Source of the DNA: Cetorhinus maximus
Lineage: Eukaryota
NCBI RefSeq assembly: GCF_964194155.1
Contig: NC_135880.1
Span: 216,442,001 to 216,506,000, forward strand
Direction of reading: 5' to 3'
DNA: 64,000 nucleotides
The notes beneath the pieces were generated by a model. That model was given only the letters and a program-made list of their open reading frames with translations, had not been told where the DNA came from and made no database searches. Position 1 is the first letter of the stretch. Every line of letters starts with the position of its first letter. A program made the translations under genes and the position numbers. Below, piece by piece: positions 63,891 to 64,000 of the stretch.

Positions 63891-64000
63891 CTCAAGGTAA
63901 ATGACTCCAATAATTGCCAAATTAGCATCGTATTAACATTGTGGAAGTTGCAGTTTATTACAGTGCATACACTCACCAGTGGTCTGCATTGTCGAGTGTG

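Noticed and set aside
4265-64000. PPP2R1B, SIK2 or LAYN exons expected from mammalian synteny with ALG9
   Set aside because: No recognisable peptide found by eye on either strand. Short exons could have been missed.

Overview
Repeat-rich vertebrate genomic DNA. The repeat content (Deu-domain SINEs, CR1/L2 LINEs, Penelope-like elements, Harbingers) points to a cartilaginous fish; this is an inference. The only host gene I recognise is the last coding exon and 3' UTR of ALG9 (4141-4264, +). The rest is intergenic DNA filled with nested transposon remnants. Main finding: a two-LTR Gypsy-type element (32926-40426) keeps gag, protease and the integrase C-terminus, but RT, RNase H and the integrase core are replaced by about 800 bp of intronless sequence. 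This insert encodes a coiled coil resembling the CALCOCO1/NDP52/TAX1BP1 selective-autophagy receptor family and appears to have been in frame with the protease. Other points: a young family of TSD-flanked, fold-back Penelope-like elements carrying minimal hammerhead ribozymes with a CUGUNGA core; two decayed two-gene Harbinger transposons, one inside the 3' LTR and one hosting a three-tier nest; and a local 181-bp inverted templated duplication. All family calls come from reading motifs by eye, with no database search. Boundaries of old repeats are approximate.
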